Part shown: in pieces, positions 40,001-54,771 of the stretch
Layout of the letters: every line of letters starts with the position of its first letter
Numbering within the stretch: position 1 is the stretch's first letter
NCBI GenBank assembly: GCA_012295275.1
Contig: CM022673.1
Span: 28,024,001 to 28,088,000, forward strand
Origin: Chrysomallon squamiferum
Taxonomy: Eukaryota > Animalia > Mollusca
DNA: 64,000 nt
Direction of reading: 5' to 3'
Notes under the pieces: model-generated
Told to the model about the DNA's origin: nothing
The model's database searches: none
Seen by the model: the letters and a program-made list of their open reading frames with translations, nothing else
Program-made: the position numbers and the translations under genes

Positions 40001-42949
40001 AAAATGATGGGTGACCCATATGAGTGGAACGTTATCGAACCTAGCTCACTTCCAATTAGTCCTACGTATTGAACTTTTAAGTTAAGGCTGTGCAGCGCGA
40101 GTTCCGAAATATGGGGACCAGACTCTGGCTAAGACAAAACTGGCGATGGCCTGATCGTCACGGCGACAGATCTGAAGTGGCACTATGCTGATGGCAAACA
40201 CGAGGTTTGACAAAATCTATTAATGGCGATATTGATTGATTCTATTATTGCCGGGCGCTGCGATGGTGAATAAGAATGAATGGCTGACCTCCGAGAAAGG
40301 GTATATCGCAATCTGAACACGGGCAACCAATCGCATGATGACGGCTTTGTCTTCTAAGAAAACAACTTAACGGTTGTACTGTGACATCACAGAGAGAGAG
40401 AGAGACAGAGAGAGGGCCTTTGCGATACGCGTGCACTCAACCATGGCTTTCTGCAGTTTTGTCCGAGTCACTGCTGAGTCTTTTGTGCTGATGTTCCATT
40501 GTTGAAGCGGTCTAGTATACTGTAGACCCATCAGGCCCGCTTCACTTAGATAAGATAAGGACTGGGCCATCCCAAATAGATGCAGTCACCAGAGACGACT
40601 ACGCAACTGCTTGGAGACTGACTGACAGATGGTCAGTGTTGACTCCACACACAAAGGGCTCTGCTGTTTAATTCTACTGATGGATAGCTAACATATCTTT
40701 TTCGCCTTGGTTACAGCAGCTTTTCATACGTATATGTGTCTGGTGTGACTGGGAGAGGACCAGTGCAAAGAGGCTGGGTGCTTTAGTTAGTGCCTCTTGT
40801 TGTTGTTGTTTAAACTTGCTGTCCAGAGTAAAAAAAAGAAGAAAAAAGTGAGAAAAAGAAGAAAAAAACAAACAAGCAGTGCCTTCTAGAAGAGATTCTT
40901 TTTTTATTTATATATATATATGTATATGTGTGTGTTTGGGATCTTTTCTCCGAATTTTTGGATTGATACGACACAATGGATTTTGGACATCTGGAGCTTA
41001 TTGTGACAGAAAGGTACCTACTCTTTGTCTACGTAAAGTTGACTTTTTCTTGTCTGTTTTAAAATGTTTTAAACTTCATGTTTATTTAGTTTTCATAGAA
41101 TGCTCTTTGTTTAAATTTGATGATGCTTGTTTATGTTTTGATTGTGGGGTTAGTTTAATTTTCTTTTTGTGACAAGAAAAGGGGGAATGAAAAATGCGTT
41201 GATTTGCTTGAGAATGGTATTGATTTTTTTTTATGAATAAGAAAATGAGTCAGATTGTATATTGGTGTGTGCGAAGAATGCTGTTTGGGATGGATTATTT
41301 ATTTTTTGTTTCTCGTTTTCTTTGTTGTGTAAGAGAGGCTTGTGGAAAGAGTACTTGGGTAAATACTAGGTTTTAGTTCAGTAATTGTTAGTACATCATG
41401 TTAAATGTGTATATAATGGGGTTTTTCTGAAATTTTTTTTTTTTCTGGAGTTAGATTATTTTAAGATGAATGTTTTTGATTTTATATTTGTGTGTGTGGA
41501 TGTATGTGAGTGTATGTGTGTAGGTTATATATGTATGTATATATAATATTATTACTATTATTATTATTATTATTATTATTGTTGTTGTTGTTGTTATTGT
41601 TATTACTGAACAATAATAACAGTTATTTAATGAACCTGATATTAATGTTAGTTGCCATTGATTTTTTATTTCATAATTAGTTAGGTGGTTTTTTTTTTTT
41701 TTTTTTTATCTTTTTGTCTTTTTTCATTATACTACAAATTATTTAAATAATTGAAAATGATAATAATGATGATTAGTTATTACATGTTATCTCTTTTTTT
41801 CAAAGTTATTATTATGGCTTTTATTTTGCTAATATTTAATACTAAATAGAAACTGACTGTATAATGATTAACTTGTTATTTATTTTCTATTAGCAGTAAT
41901 AATGTTATTATTGTTATTATTATTATTATTATTATTATTCATTATTATTATCATTATTGTTATTATTATTATTATTTTTATTTTCATTTGCAACATAAAA
42001 ATTTATTTTTTTATTTTTTAATATTTAATTCATTTTGATAATGATGCAGTCAATAATAATGTTTTGTTACATTTTAAAATAAAAACTATTTGTTCACAAT
42101 TATCATTAAAATTAGTTGAAAACAAATTAAAATTAAATTATTTAGAGGCAGTGATGAAGATAATAACCTTTTTCACCTTAAAAAAAAACAAACAAAAAAA
42201 ACCTACAAAATGAAGCTAATTTTGTTTTTATTTTTAAATAAAAATAAACTTTATAAAATTTATATTTAACAGTATTTTCATTCAATGGATTTTTTTAAAA
42301 AATCTTTTAAAAAAAAAACCAACAACAACAAAACAAATTAATTCCTTTGTTACTGTAAATGATAAACCAACAGATAAAGGGGGTATTTTGTTTGTTTTTG
42401 TTTTTGTTTTTGTTTTGCAGTTGTGTAGCTTTTAATCATTTATCATCATCTGAAAGGAAATCAGTATGAAAGCTAAACAGGGTTGTCTGTTCACACACGA
42501 TCAGACAGCTAGACAGAAATATTGATACTTCTATTTGTGTCAGTAATTACTTCTATATGAATCACCACATAGACTTGTTATTGGAAAAAAAATATTTCGC
42601 CACTAAACATGCATTTCTATTAATGGGGCCAAAGAGAATGAGTGAAGGGAGGCAACTCCTTAAACTGGACAATGGACAATGATGATGGTGATGATGACTA
42701 AAGCTGATGTTTCATGATTAGTAATAGATGATGAGATTGTTTTCTTTTCTTTTCTGTTAGTGTGTGGGGGGGGTAATGTGTGAAGTTGATGTATGATGAA
42801 GAAAGAGGGAGCTTTGTATACAAAAAAGATGAAATAGATAATAATCGAACTTCAGATTTTTCAAATGGTTATTTTTAGTGTTATTGATTGTGTTATTGGA
42901 AAAAAGCTTTTAATTTAGTAAAATGTACTTTTGTAACACAAGTAATGAA

Positions 42950-42958
42950 ATAATAATC

Positions 42959-43035
<77 letters not shown>

Positions 43036-43050
43036 TAAATAAATAAATAA
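42950..43050. repeat. (TAA)n microsatellite
   Basis: Direct reading. Confidence 0.97.
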
Positions 43051-43268
43051 ATACTGATAACAATTAATTATTTTATTTTTATTTTATTTTATTTTTTTAT
43101 TTTTTATTATTCCAAAGGTTTTATAAATGAGTAATTTGAAAAACTAAAATACAAAAATTACTATAATTTTTGCTTCAAGAAATTTGAAAATTATTTCTTT
43201 TGTATTTGAAATTTTATAAAAACAATTCTTTAATTTTACAGTGTATATTTGTTACATATTAAACACAT

Positions 43269-43300
<32 letters not shown>

Positions 43301-43589
43301 TTATAAGTGCAGGTCTTTAAATTAAAAAAGAAATACCATAATGTAAAAGCCTTGGTTCAGTGAACAATAGTAAAATAATGTGTTACTGTTTATATAGCTG
43401 ACCAGCATGTGTAATAATAGCTATATTAAATAACCACACAGTTGGTAATATTACATAGAGGGTGTAGATTAAAATATTTATGATGTAATCAAAACCAGTT
43501 TTCCAATAATAATGTATACATATTCTGTTAGGTATATATTTTATTTACCTTCTAACTGATAAAATGACCCAGAATAAAATGTAAATTTA

Positions 43590-43623
43590 AATCAATCAAT
43601 CTAGCTATCTATCTGTCTATCTG

Positions 43624-43676
<53 letters not shown>

Positions 43677-43680
43677 ATAT
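43590..43680. repeat. (TCAA)/(TCTA)n microsatellite
   Basis: Direct reading. Confidence 0.95.
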
Positions 43681-44435
43681 TGTTTATGCAGAAATATATT
43701 CATCTTTAAAATTAAATAGTAGTAACAAATTCTGGCTAAAATATAAAATGTCAGTCCCAGTAAATGCTGTTTAAGTGTTTATGTATTTGTTTATGCATTT
43801 ATTTTATTTATTTGTCTACCTGTCTGCCAGTATTAGTTATTACTCTGTTTCATTTTCTTCTTCTTCTTCATCATTTGTTATTGCTTCATTTATCGTCTTT
43901 TCTTTTTTCATAATCTGGTTTCAGATTTTTTTGTGATTTAATTTCTTTATATTATTATTATTATTATTATTATCATTATTATTATTTTTATTTTTTATTT
44001 TTTAATACTTCAGATACTTCATCATATCCTTTACAAGAATCTTCTTTTTTTTCTTTTTTTTTCTATCAGAAAATTCTAATAATGTGCCATGTAATGAAGA
44101 AGTTCCACTGCTTCTGGGCTTTAATATTGTTTCTGTGATGTTGTTATGTACAGTGTAGAGTCTTTGAAAACACAGGTTCAAGGAAATCTCGACGCTGTCT
44201 TGTAATCACACTCAGTGTTTTCAAACACTGTTGTTATTTTTACGTAAGTGTCATCATACTGAAGTATGGAAAATCACGTGAAAAACAGTTAAGTAGATAA
44301 ACACGAAAATAATTTTAATCTGCGTTTGTTTTTAAAAATAATAAAGAACAAACAGTAGCAACAGATTAATAAGTTAAATGTAAAAAGAAATGAAATGTGG
44401 ATGTCCTAAATTCTAAACATTTAATAATAATAATT

Positions 44436-44635
44436 NNNNNNNNNNNNNNNNNNNNNNNNNNNNNNNNNNNNNNNNNNNNNNNNNNNNNNNNNNNNNNNNN
44501 NNNNNNNNNNNNNNNNNNNNNNNNNNNNNNNNNNNNNNNNNNNNNNNNNNNNNNNNNNNNNNNNNNNNNNNNNNNNNNNNNNNNNNNNNNNNNNNNNNNN
44601 NNNNNNNNNNNNNNNNNNNNNNNNNNNNNNNNNNN
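44436..44635. other. Assembly gap, exactly 200 N
   Basis: A round-number N run, typical of a scaffolding join of unknown true size. Confidence 0.99.
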
Positions 44636-45644
44636 TAGACAGAAGAATTTTAAAACCAAAAATTAAAATTAAGGAAAAGCTGAAAAAGTTATGTTAGATA
44701 TGTTCTTTTTTTCATTTCTGTTCTTTTTCTTTTAAAAATCTCTTTAATGTAAAAGCTAACATTTTCTTTGCTGTTAATTAAATATTAAACAACTGTACTA
44801 AATGAATGAATGGTTATCAAACAATGTACACCATCACCAAAATTACACAGATGAATAAAAGAAAAGTAGTAAATATATATATATATAATCTCTATATATA
44901 TGCATGTGTGTGTATATATATATATATATATATCTATATATATATATATATATATATATAATATGCAGATTGTAACAGAATATTAGCCTTCAGTATCTAT
45001 ACAAAATTTAAAATTTAAATTGGGACAATGGATGAAATTATCTCTCGCGACCGAACCCACAGGGACTCACTTTTGTGACAAAGATTTATAAGAAGTGAAC
45101 GGAACACAAAAGCAAACTGCAATAGCTTTCTTAGTGCCAGTGTTTCCACCACTCACTCTGTTAGGTATTGCCACTTCTTTTTCTTACTCCGTTCACCGTC
45201 TTTGCCTTTTACAAACAGAAACGAACTGCTTGGTATACACAATGGGTTTATAAAACCCTGTACGTCGAAACATCTGTCACAGCCTTAACAAGTTACAATT
45301 CATTTCATTGGCTTCTCGCTTGGGCTTGTCTTGTTAATTTGGGATAAGTCTTCTTGTGCAATTCATAATCACTGCTGAGATAGCTGGGTAAGAAATCACA
45401 GGGTTTGGTTTTGGGTTGGGTTTTGGGTGGGGTTTCGGGTGTAAAGGGTTCTTCTTTATTTGTGTTTCTTGAATGTAAATATAACATGGTATTTATTTAA
45501 TTTTTTATTTTTATTTTTTTAAATGAAATGAAAAAAAGATGGAAAGTATATTTTTGGTAAGAGTGACTGTTTTATAGTATGGTTTTTAAAATTCTTGTAT
45601 GTGTATGTGTTTATGATGTGGTTTATATATTTTTGTAAATACAT

Positions 45645-45687
<43 letters not shown>

Positions 45688-47255
45688 TATTTATAGTACA
45701 ACAAAGTCACACCTGCTATAGCAGCCACCTCTTTTCACAGACCTAATTTTTATCTTACCATGTAATTTTGTGCAGTTGAGATAGAACAGCTTCTATTGCT
45801 GCTTGCTACATGTTTGTATGTTGTTTTATTATGTTTACACAGATTCAGTAAATAGCTTAGAAAATGAAAGGTTTTTAAACATTCATCATTTGAAATATTA
45901 GATTGTCATGTATTTTTATTTATTTATTATATATTTTTCAACATTTAAAAAACAAAAAAAACAAAGAGGGAGAATTTATTGTATAACATTTTCTTCCTAT
46001 ATAGACATTATTAACTTTGTTTTCTCAGTATAATTGTTATATTTCTTAAAATGAGGTGTGTATCACTTTAATTTCCTGCAATATGTAACAAATTGATTTT
46101 TTCTTTTTTGTATATTTTTATTTTTTTGTAGCTTATCTGTATATTTGTTGTGTCAATAACGATAGGACCTTGGGCTGTTTATTTAATGAAGTCATTTATT
46201 TGTACATTTTAAGAAGTAGAAAATAAATAATAATGTTTTTAAATTAAATCAAAACAAAAATCAGAACACCCCTAAGATTGAAAAATATTATTATTTCATT
46301 TAAAGAAAGTTTAAAAAAATAAAAATTCACCAAAATTATAAATATCAAGACCAAAACTAATATTGATAATGAAAGAATTTTCTTGATTAATTATTATTAT
46401 TTTTTAAATGAATAGTGAAATGTAACCTTTGGTAAGTTATATGTAGATTGTTAGATATACTCTACATTGTAATCTCTAGAGAATACAGTGCTTTTAATTG
46501 TAGTACAATGCTACCTTTATTACTTAATAAATAAATTAAATTAAATTGATTTCTAATAATAATAAAATATATATAACAATTTAGGGTTTCTTTTTTTCAG
46601 ATAGCTTGTATCTTAATTAAAAAAATAATCATTTTTAAAATAAATAAATAAGTTACAATTAAAATTAAAATTAATTTCTGATTATAATAAAATGTATATG
46701 AGCAGTTCTTTTTCTCTTTCTTTATTTTTTTTTTTTTTTTTTTTTAGATAGCTTGTAACTTAATTCACTTTACCTTACTTTATTTAATTATTTATTTTTA
46801 ATGATCATACTGATGGAACAAAAATGTGTCCAACATGACATCAATACATTGTTCAATTAATCATTATTCAATTATTAAAGCATAAAGATGGTATGAACAG
46901 GACAACATGTACCACAGTATTTTATAAACCAGTTGTGAACAGCTGAACAGGTTGGTGAAGAAATCACTGTTAAATATCAGACATATCTTTGATATAATGA
47001 CAGGAAAGAAGAAATACATTTTCTGTCTTATTCTTAATAATTAGCAACATTGCATCTGCTCCAACCCATAAACACGATAATAAATCAATTATGAGGAACT
47101 GGTTAGATTAGGAAATTGCCCAGTGTTAGTGCCAAGCAGTATTAATCTTAAAACAGTCTCAGTCTAGAAATATAATCAATGATCTTTCTTGTATTCACGG
47201 TTAAGTTCCTTTATCTTCGGTTATGTTTAAAATTCATTTGATATGTCAAACAAAG

Positions 47256-47287
<32 letters not shown>

Positions 47288-47504
47288 GTGCATGTAGTTA
47301 GTAGATTTTATTTTTCAAATGTCACATAACTTATTTAAGCATCTGTTGAGATTTATTCATTAATTTTATTTAAATAATTGATTCATTTATTAATTTAATT
47401 TATTTATTTATTTTATATATTTTTTTTAAACAAAAAATTGCAGTCTTGGCTACATCTCTCTTTCTCTCTCTGTTTATCTCTCTCTCTATCTCTCTCTCTC
47501 TATC

Positions 47505-47541
<37 letters not shown>

Positions 47542-48546
47542 ATATATATATCAATACAAATTGCAAACTTTTATTAACACTTCTCCCCTTTCATCTATCT
47601 ACAGCGAATTTGACGAGCTCTCAACTCATTAACTCGTGGAGTTTTGTAATAGTAAACTCATACTGAAGTGTTGTGAAGCTTAAAGCGGTTATTGTTGTAT
47701 ATTGATCCATGTCAGGGTATTGTGATATACAAGGAGAATCAAGTCAGAAAGGGATATAATAAAAAGTCAAGTAACTATTTTATAGATCTCTCTCCATGTT
47801 TGAAAGATCTTTGTGTAATACCTAATGTTATCTACATTAGTGTTATTGTTGTTACAATTGCTAAAATCCCTATTCAAATAATGTTTATAAAAAAATAATG
47901 ATGATCTGTAAATAATACATATATATATATATGTAATATCAATTAATATTACATATATAAATATATTTATTATATCCATTAGTGGTTTGTTACGAGTATG
48001 TTAAACTCATTAATGATAGTTTTGCTTTATGAACCTTTTAATATGATATTTGTAGGCGAATTAAAAATGTCCTCAGTTACTTAACGTAATGAAAATCACT
48101 TAATAGTATTTATATTAATGTTTGAATATTTTGAATATTCTTATTCGCGTGGAAAGAAATCGCGTAGTTCAGTGGTTAGAGCGTTTACACAGAATGTCAA
48201 AGGTTGCAGGAGGACTGAGTGTTTTCATTGCAGACTTTGAGCAGTGTCCATTCCTTCCATCACCACACACACACATTGTATAACACACACACATGCACAC
48301 GCATGCACACACACATACACACACACACGCATGCACACACGCACATACACATTGCGTAACACCACACATTACTTAACACACACATACACACACACACACA
48401 TGCACACATTGCATAACACACACACAACACACACACACATTGCATAACACCACTCATTACGTTACACACACATACACACACAGTGCACACACACATTGCA
48501 TAACACATACACACACATTGCATTACACACACATACACATTGCGTA

Positions 48547-48582
<36 letters not shown>

Positions 48583-49055
48583 CACACGTACACATGCTTT
48601 CTCTTCTCATACAAAATCCACACACACACACACACACACAGATTCATTCACTCTTTGACTTTTTACTGCTTGGGGTGGCAAGCATGTAAACAGGGGACTG
48701 ATTAGATCACCTCAGTCGAAGGAGATAGTTTTATTTGTGTAATCACGATTGATCAGATAATTTGGTGTGTCGACAGAAACAGGTGAGTTCTGTTTGTGGC
48801 CTCAAGAGTAATTATAGTAATGAAAAAGGATATCAGTGCAAAAGTGAGTTAAATTATATAAATGATGATGATAATGATGATGATAATGATCATAGTAATA
48901 GTAACAGTAACATAATAATGATAATGATAACAAACATTTGTAATAAATAAATAAATGTAGTCGATTCTTTTCGCTCATAATAATTGAAGTTGTAGTAAAA
49001 ATAGAAGGGAAAAATAAATTGGAAAAATGGTAGGAGTAATTTTGATCATAGCAAC

Positions 49056-49104
<49 letters not shown>

Positions 49105-49109
49105 AGTAA

Positions 49110-49154
<45 letters not shown>

Positions 49155-51128
49155 TAAGTAATAGTAGAATAGTAGTAGTTGCAGTTGTAGTACATACAGT
49201 AGCAGCAGCAACAGCACCAACAATAGTAACAGCAGCAGAAGCAACTGTAGCAGTAGTAGTAGTAGTAGTAGTAGTAATAGTAGTAACAGTAGTAGTAATG
49301 GTTGTAGAAGTAATAGGTGTAACAATAGTGCTAACAGTAGTAGTAGTTGTAGTAGTAACAGTGGTAATTTAAAAGTGTGAAAGAGATTAAAGATGTTGTT
49401 GTAGAGGATGCTGACACTGGCAGATTGTGCTGGACTATCTACCAGAAATATCTCACATTTGTTGTATCGTGAAGGCTGCTAACAGGATTATTGGGTAATC
49501 ATGTACCGGATATTATGTTGGAAAGCATTTTTCTCAAGGAAAAACTGGCAAATTGAATTGACGTTTTTCAAACTATTGCCTTTTAATGATAATTCCGATT
49601 GTTGAAAAAAGATGGGTTACTTAAAATAGCCATAAAAATTAACACCCTCGCCCAGCACAATGGAGTGGAAAGAGGAAAGTCATTTTTGGTTAAGCTGAAC
49701 AAAATGAGGTTTTAATTTTTTGGTAAGTGGACCATAGCAGAACGTGAAACCGGCTTTTCTGATACATCCGTGTCTGAATTTAAGCAATTTGTAGTCTTGT
49801 TTTATTAATTGTTTATTGAGTATTGGTGTAATTTTTTTTTTTTTTTTTTTTTTTTTCAAAATGAAAAAAAAACAAAAAAACATGTATTTGTAAAATATAT
49901 ATGTTCGTGTTTTTGTGTTAAATGTCTGTGTATGTGTGTGTATGTTTGTGTATGTGTGTGTATGTGTGTGTATGTGTGTTTATGTTTGTGTATGTGTGTG
50001 TATGTGTGTGTGTGTGTGTGTATGTGCGAGTGTTTTATACAAGCATTTTCACGTGTTTTTAAAGTTGTCATTTTGTCAATTCAGATTTTCAAGTATTTTA
50101 TTTACATTCATCTCAATTTAATGTACTTGTATTTTATACCAGAATCTATGAAGTTAAAATAAGAAAAATTATTAACAGTATAGAGCAATAAAAGGGTACA
50201 AAAAAAAAAATAATTAAATAAAAATGGATATTAAAATACAGTTCAGAACATGCAATGTGTGTTCAAATATTAGAATAAAAAAAACAACAAATAGTAGGAT
50301 GATAATAATGCAACATATATTAATAGACCAAGACATAAAAATTATTGCAGAAACTGTTATTTTCAAATAAAAAATTTAATAGTAGGACATTTAAAACAAA
50401 TAACAATTACTATATCCAGAATAGATTTTTTTTAAACAAATATTTTTTTTGTATTTAAAGATAAAAACTAAAAAAAAGAAAAAAATTATTAAAACATTTG
50501 ACCAGGCCCATCAGCAAATGGGACTTGATGAAGGAAAATTCCATTTCATTATAAATATTTAATCAGGCTAAGAACTTAACCATGTACACTATGTTAGATA
50601 AACAAGAGTTGGGATAAAAAGTAAATTGTTTCAGCTATAAAACGTATAATGTTGCGCTGGTGGAAAAAAACACACAAGGACTCCATCCAGAAAATGATAT
50701 TAAGTTTGCTTTGTGCTGCCCGAGCAATGGGCAAAAGGGAACCTATCCTCTTCCATTCTGTTTTCAGAAATGAACTTTATATTTTTTTTTCGCATTATTG
50801 CTATTGATTTTTACAAGTTGATTACCATGCTGCAGATTATAATATGGATACTGCCGGGGTATACGTTCCGTTGCCATGGAGATATTTGATAGATATGCAG
50901 AGTAGATAATGCCTGCGTATTGCCGATAAAAACAGTTGATTTAATGGCCAATGTGTGGACTCACAAATAAGACTGCAAGCCGCGGCCCAAGAACACGTCA
51001 CAGGGAACGGACGGACACATGAGGCTTAGTTCCAGAGTGCAGAGAAATCTGTCTTGCTGCTGAAAGGGAACAAAACAGCGTTTTCCTGCTAATTGAGATT
51101 TATTTCCAGTGTGTGTGTGTACCCAAGA

Positions 51129-51171
<43 letters not shown>

Positions 51172-52077
51172 ATATATATATATGTATGTATATATATATG
51201 GATATATATCTCCGTTGAAAGAAAGACACTGGCTGTTCCCGAGAGTGAGACAAACTCGTTGTATTGCAAGTCATTAATGGCTTTTAAATGGCAGTAATCA
51301 GACAACAAAACTGGCAGGTGTTTGCCGAAATAAATCAATTTGCATTAACTCTTTTCATATTTCTATTGTATATGCAATTGATCTCCTCGAAATCCCACTG
51401 CGACTGATACGTAGATTAAAAACGGTTTTATTATATATCATAGCCGCATGGGTTGGACATAGAGATTAATAGTTCAGTGGTATCAGCAGACCTCTCAGTG
51501 TGATTTGTGGCTACCTACAGCCTGCTTATTCTTCAATGTATGAATACATACATACATACACACATACATACATACATATATACATACATACATACATACA
51601 TATACATACATACCTACATACATACATACATACATACATACATACATACTGCATACATACATACATACATATATACATACATACATACATACATATACAT
51701 ACATACATACATACATACATACATACATACATACCTACATACATACATACATACATACATACTGCATACATACATACATACATACATTTTATACATACAT
51801 AGATATATACATTTATACATACATACATACACACATACATATACATACATACATAAATACATACATACATAGATACATACATACATACATACATACATAC
51901 ATACATACGTATGCGTACATACTGCATACATACATACATTTCATACATACATACATTTCATACATACATACATATATACATCTATACATACATACATACA
52001 TACACACATACATACATACATATACATACATAAATACATACATACATGCATACATACACACACATACACACATACAT

Positions 52078-52116
<39 letters not shown>

Positions 52117-54727
52117 CATACATATGTACATACATACATATATATATGATTTTTTTCATAGTTATTAAAGGAAGTAAAACAAAATTAATTATTTCATTAT
52201 TATTACTACTACTACTACTATTATTATTACTACTACTACTACTACTACTACTACTATTACTACTACTACTAATAATACTATAACTGCTACTGCTACTACT
52301 ACTAATAATGATAACAATGATCTTGAAGGTAGTAATGATAATGCTGATGATAATGGCCATGATGATAAGAAATGATTTTCTTTTAAATCTAATAACTGTA
52401 ACATGATCCAAAGTGTTACATAAATTTCATTTTGCATCCATTCATTGCGAATAGCTTTAGGTTAAAAAAAATATATGTACAGTGTAGTGAGCTGATAGGG
52501 TTTTTCATGTTTTGTTATTTTTATTTTTACTTCCAAGTTTGTCATTTGACTACAGGCAGGAATGTATTGTACTTTTTGAACTGTACTATTTTAGTGCATG
52601 ATTAAATTGGCTATCTCCTTTGTTTTACACTTCTGTTACACTTTTGTATTGCTAAAAGTTCAGATATATTTAAATTTAAAAAAAAAAAAAAATTAAAGAA
52701 AAAAAGAAGAAGAAGGAAAGAAAAAATATATACATATATGTGATACCAGATGAAATAATTATATCATTTCCTTGTATTTTGTACTCTGTATTCAGATTCA
52801 GAAAAAGAAACAAAAAAAAATGTTTTTGTTGTTAATGCTTAGTTTCAGTTGTCCAATTTGTTTAAAATAGTTTGTAAATTGAATATTTTTTCTTACTTTT
52901 TTATAAAAAATTTAAATTTTGCTTCTTCTTTTTTTTTTATGTAACCCAAAATAAATTTTACAGCAGCTTTAAAGAAAATATATATATAAATATATATATA
53001 TGTATATATATGTTCTCAGAAATAAAAAAAATGATACATTTTTCTTAGCCTTGTTAAGAGTAAATTGGCTGACTTCATTTCTCAATGTCACATTTTGTGT
53101 ATATTTTTAATATGAAAAGTTTTAATTTTCCTCTTCACAATTTAAGGGGAAATGCTGTTTTTTAATCCCAGTTTTCTTTACAGTATACTTAAATTAGGAA
53201 AACAGTATTTTCTTCCTACTGTTCAGAGTGAACTGGCTTTATTCATCTTTGGTCTTAGAATGAAAAATAATTTATTTTATTCTTCATATTATTAAAGATA
53301 AAAGAAAGCTTACTTCTTAGATGAAATATCAGATACAGTCAGATACGTTTAAATATTAGGAAAACAATGTTTTTCTCACCATTATTTCTAATAGTCTGAC
53401 AGTCTTTATCTTCATCTAATAATGATAAATGTACTTGTACAAAAGTACACTTCTTTTTTTTTTTTTTTTCCTGTAACGACAAATCGGACAGATATATCTC
53501 AAGTGAAATTACTGGCTATTGTCTTCCACCATTGTGAGGCTGCACACACACACACACACACAGACACACACACACACACATTTTTCATTGTTGCATTCAC
53601 CGATTGTCGATGGCTTGCGATACTGCATATGATTGGGACGTGATTGATGCCAAAATTTATTCCCCAAATCACAGTCTTGTTTAACTGTTTTTCTATTTCT
53701 GCAATAACATAATCAATATGTACAGCACTTAATTAACCTACATCTCTCGCTGCTCCTCCCCCCTTCTGTGCACACCTCCCCAGCCCTCTGGCCCCTCCCC
53801 CCTGTGTGTGAAATGTGTTGACGTAATGAGGTTTGTGTGGATACGTGTGTACGTGTGTGTGTGTGTGAGTTTGTTTTGTCGCACGCTGGTAATGACAGTT
53901 CTTTACTCACTGCTGTCGACTGCTACGAAGGTTTCTGCGTTAATTTCAGGCGGGTGTTTATTCAGTTCTTTGCGCTGTACCAGCTAATGTCATCAACAGT
54001 TTTAGTTACACTCCAGTTCAGTAATAAGATGGATTGTTTTAGAACCACGCCATGCATTAAACGTGATAATTAATGAGATGCCGTTTGATAACAACGTTTC
54101 ATATGTGGAATAAAAATAAAAAAATTATTTTTATTTTTTATTTTTTAAAATGAACAAAAGAATGTTAAGTGATAGTTGTATTTACATAAAGTTATACAGA
54201 ACATAATTATAATTTATCTTAGTGTATTTGTATAAATATCATTATGGATATGAGTGTGTACATTTGTGTGCATGCATACATGTGTGTGCGTGTGCATGCA
54301 TGCATACATGTGTGTCTGTGTGTGCACCTACTATGTAATATTTAATATTTTGAAGCATGGCAGGATCTGTATAGATTGCAATTATTTATGATGATCAAGA
54401 TACTTACAAGTGTTGTATTAAAAATCACAAACAATTTGAAGTTTAAAACAATTCTTAAACTATGTTCATTTTGATATACACACAGAAACACACAGACAAA
54501 CATATGCACAGAAACACTTCTGAAAGACTTAACATTCTGCTACCTCATTAAATCAAGGTTTTACTATTAAAATGAGTAATAAATTTCAGTTATGAATTTT
54601 CTAAAATATAACTATCTGCTGTTTGACCATCACAGTCATTTGGCTGGATCTTTAAACAAAACATCATTTACTTTTAATCCTCTCTTGTTTCTCGAAATGT
54701 AATAAAATACTTATTTTAATCTGGAAT

Positions 54728-54771
<44 letters not shown>

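Larger units (their letters stand above)
22856..44435 (+). repeat. Copy 1 of a ~21.6 kb duplicated segment
   Basis: Collinear near-identical match to 44636-64000 (offset ~21780 at the start, ~21670 at the window end). The ORF track is duplicated accordingly. Confidence 0.98.

Noticed and set aside
40500-40546. Hammerhead ribozyme on the minus strand (CTGATGG + stem)
   Set aside because: Lacks the CUGANGA and GAAA core nucleotides.
41200-41220. TTGCTTGAGAAT, partial miR-137 match
   Set aside because: Only 12 nt, flanks mismatch, no hairpin.
44366-44666. ORFs spanning the N run
   Set aside because: Artefacts of translating the assembly gap.
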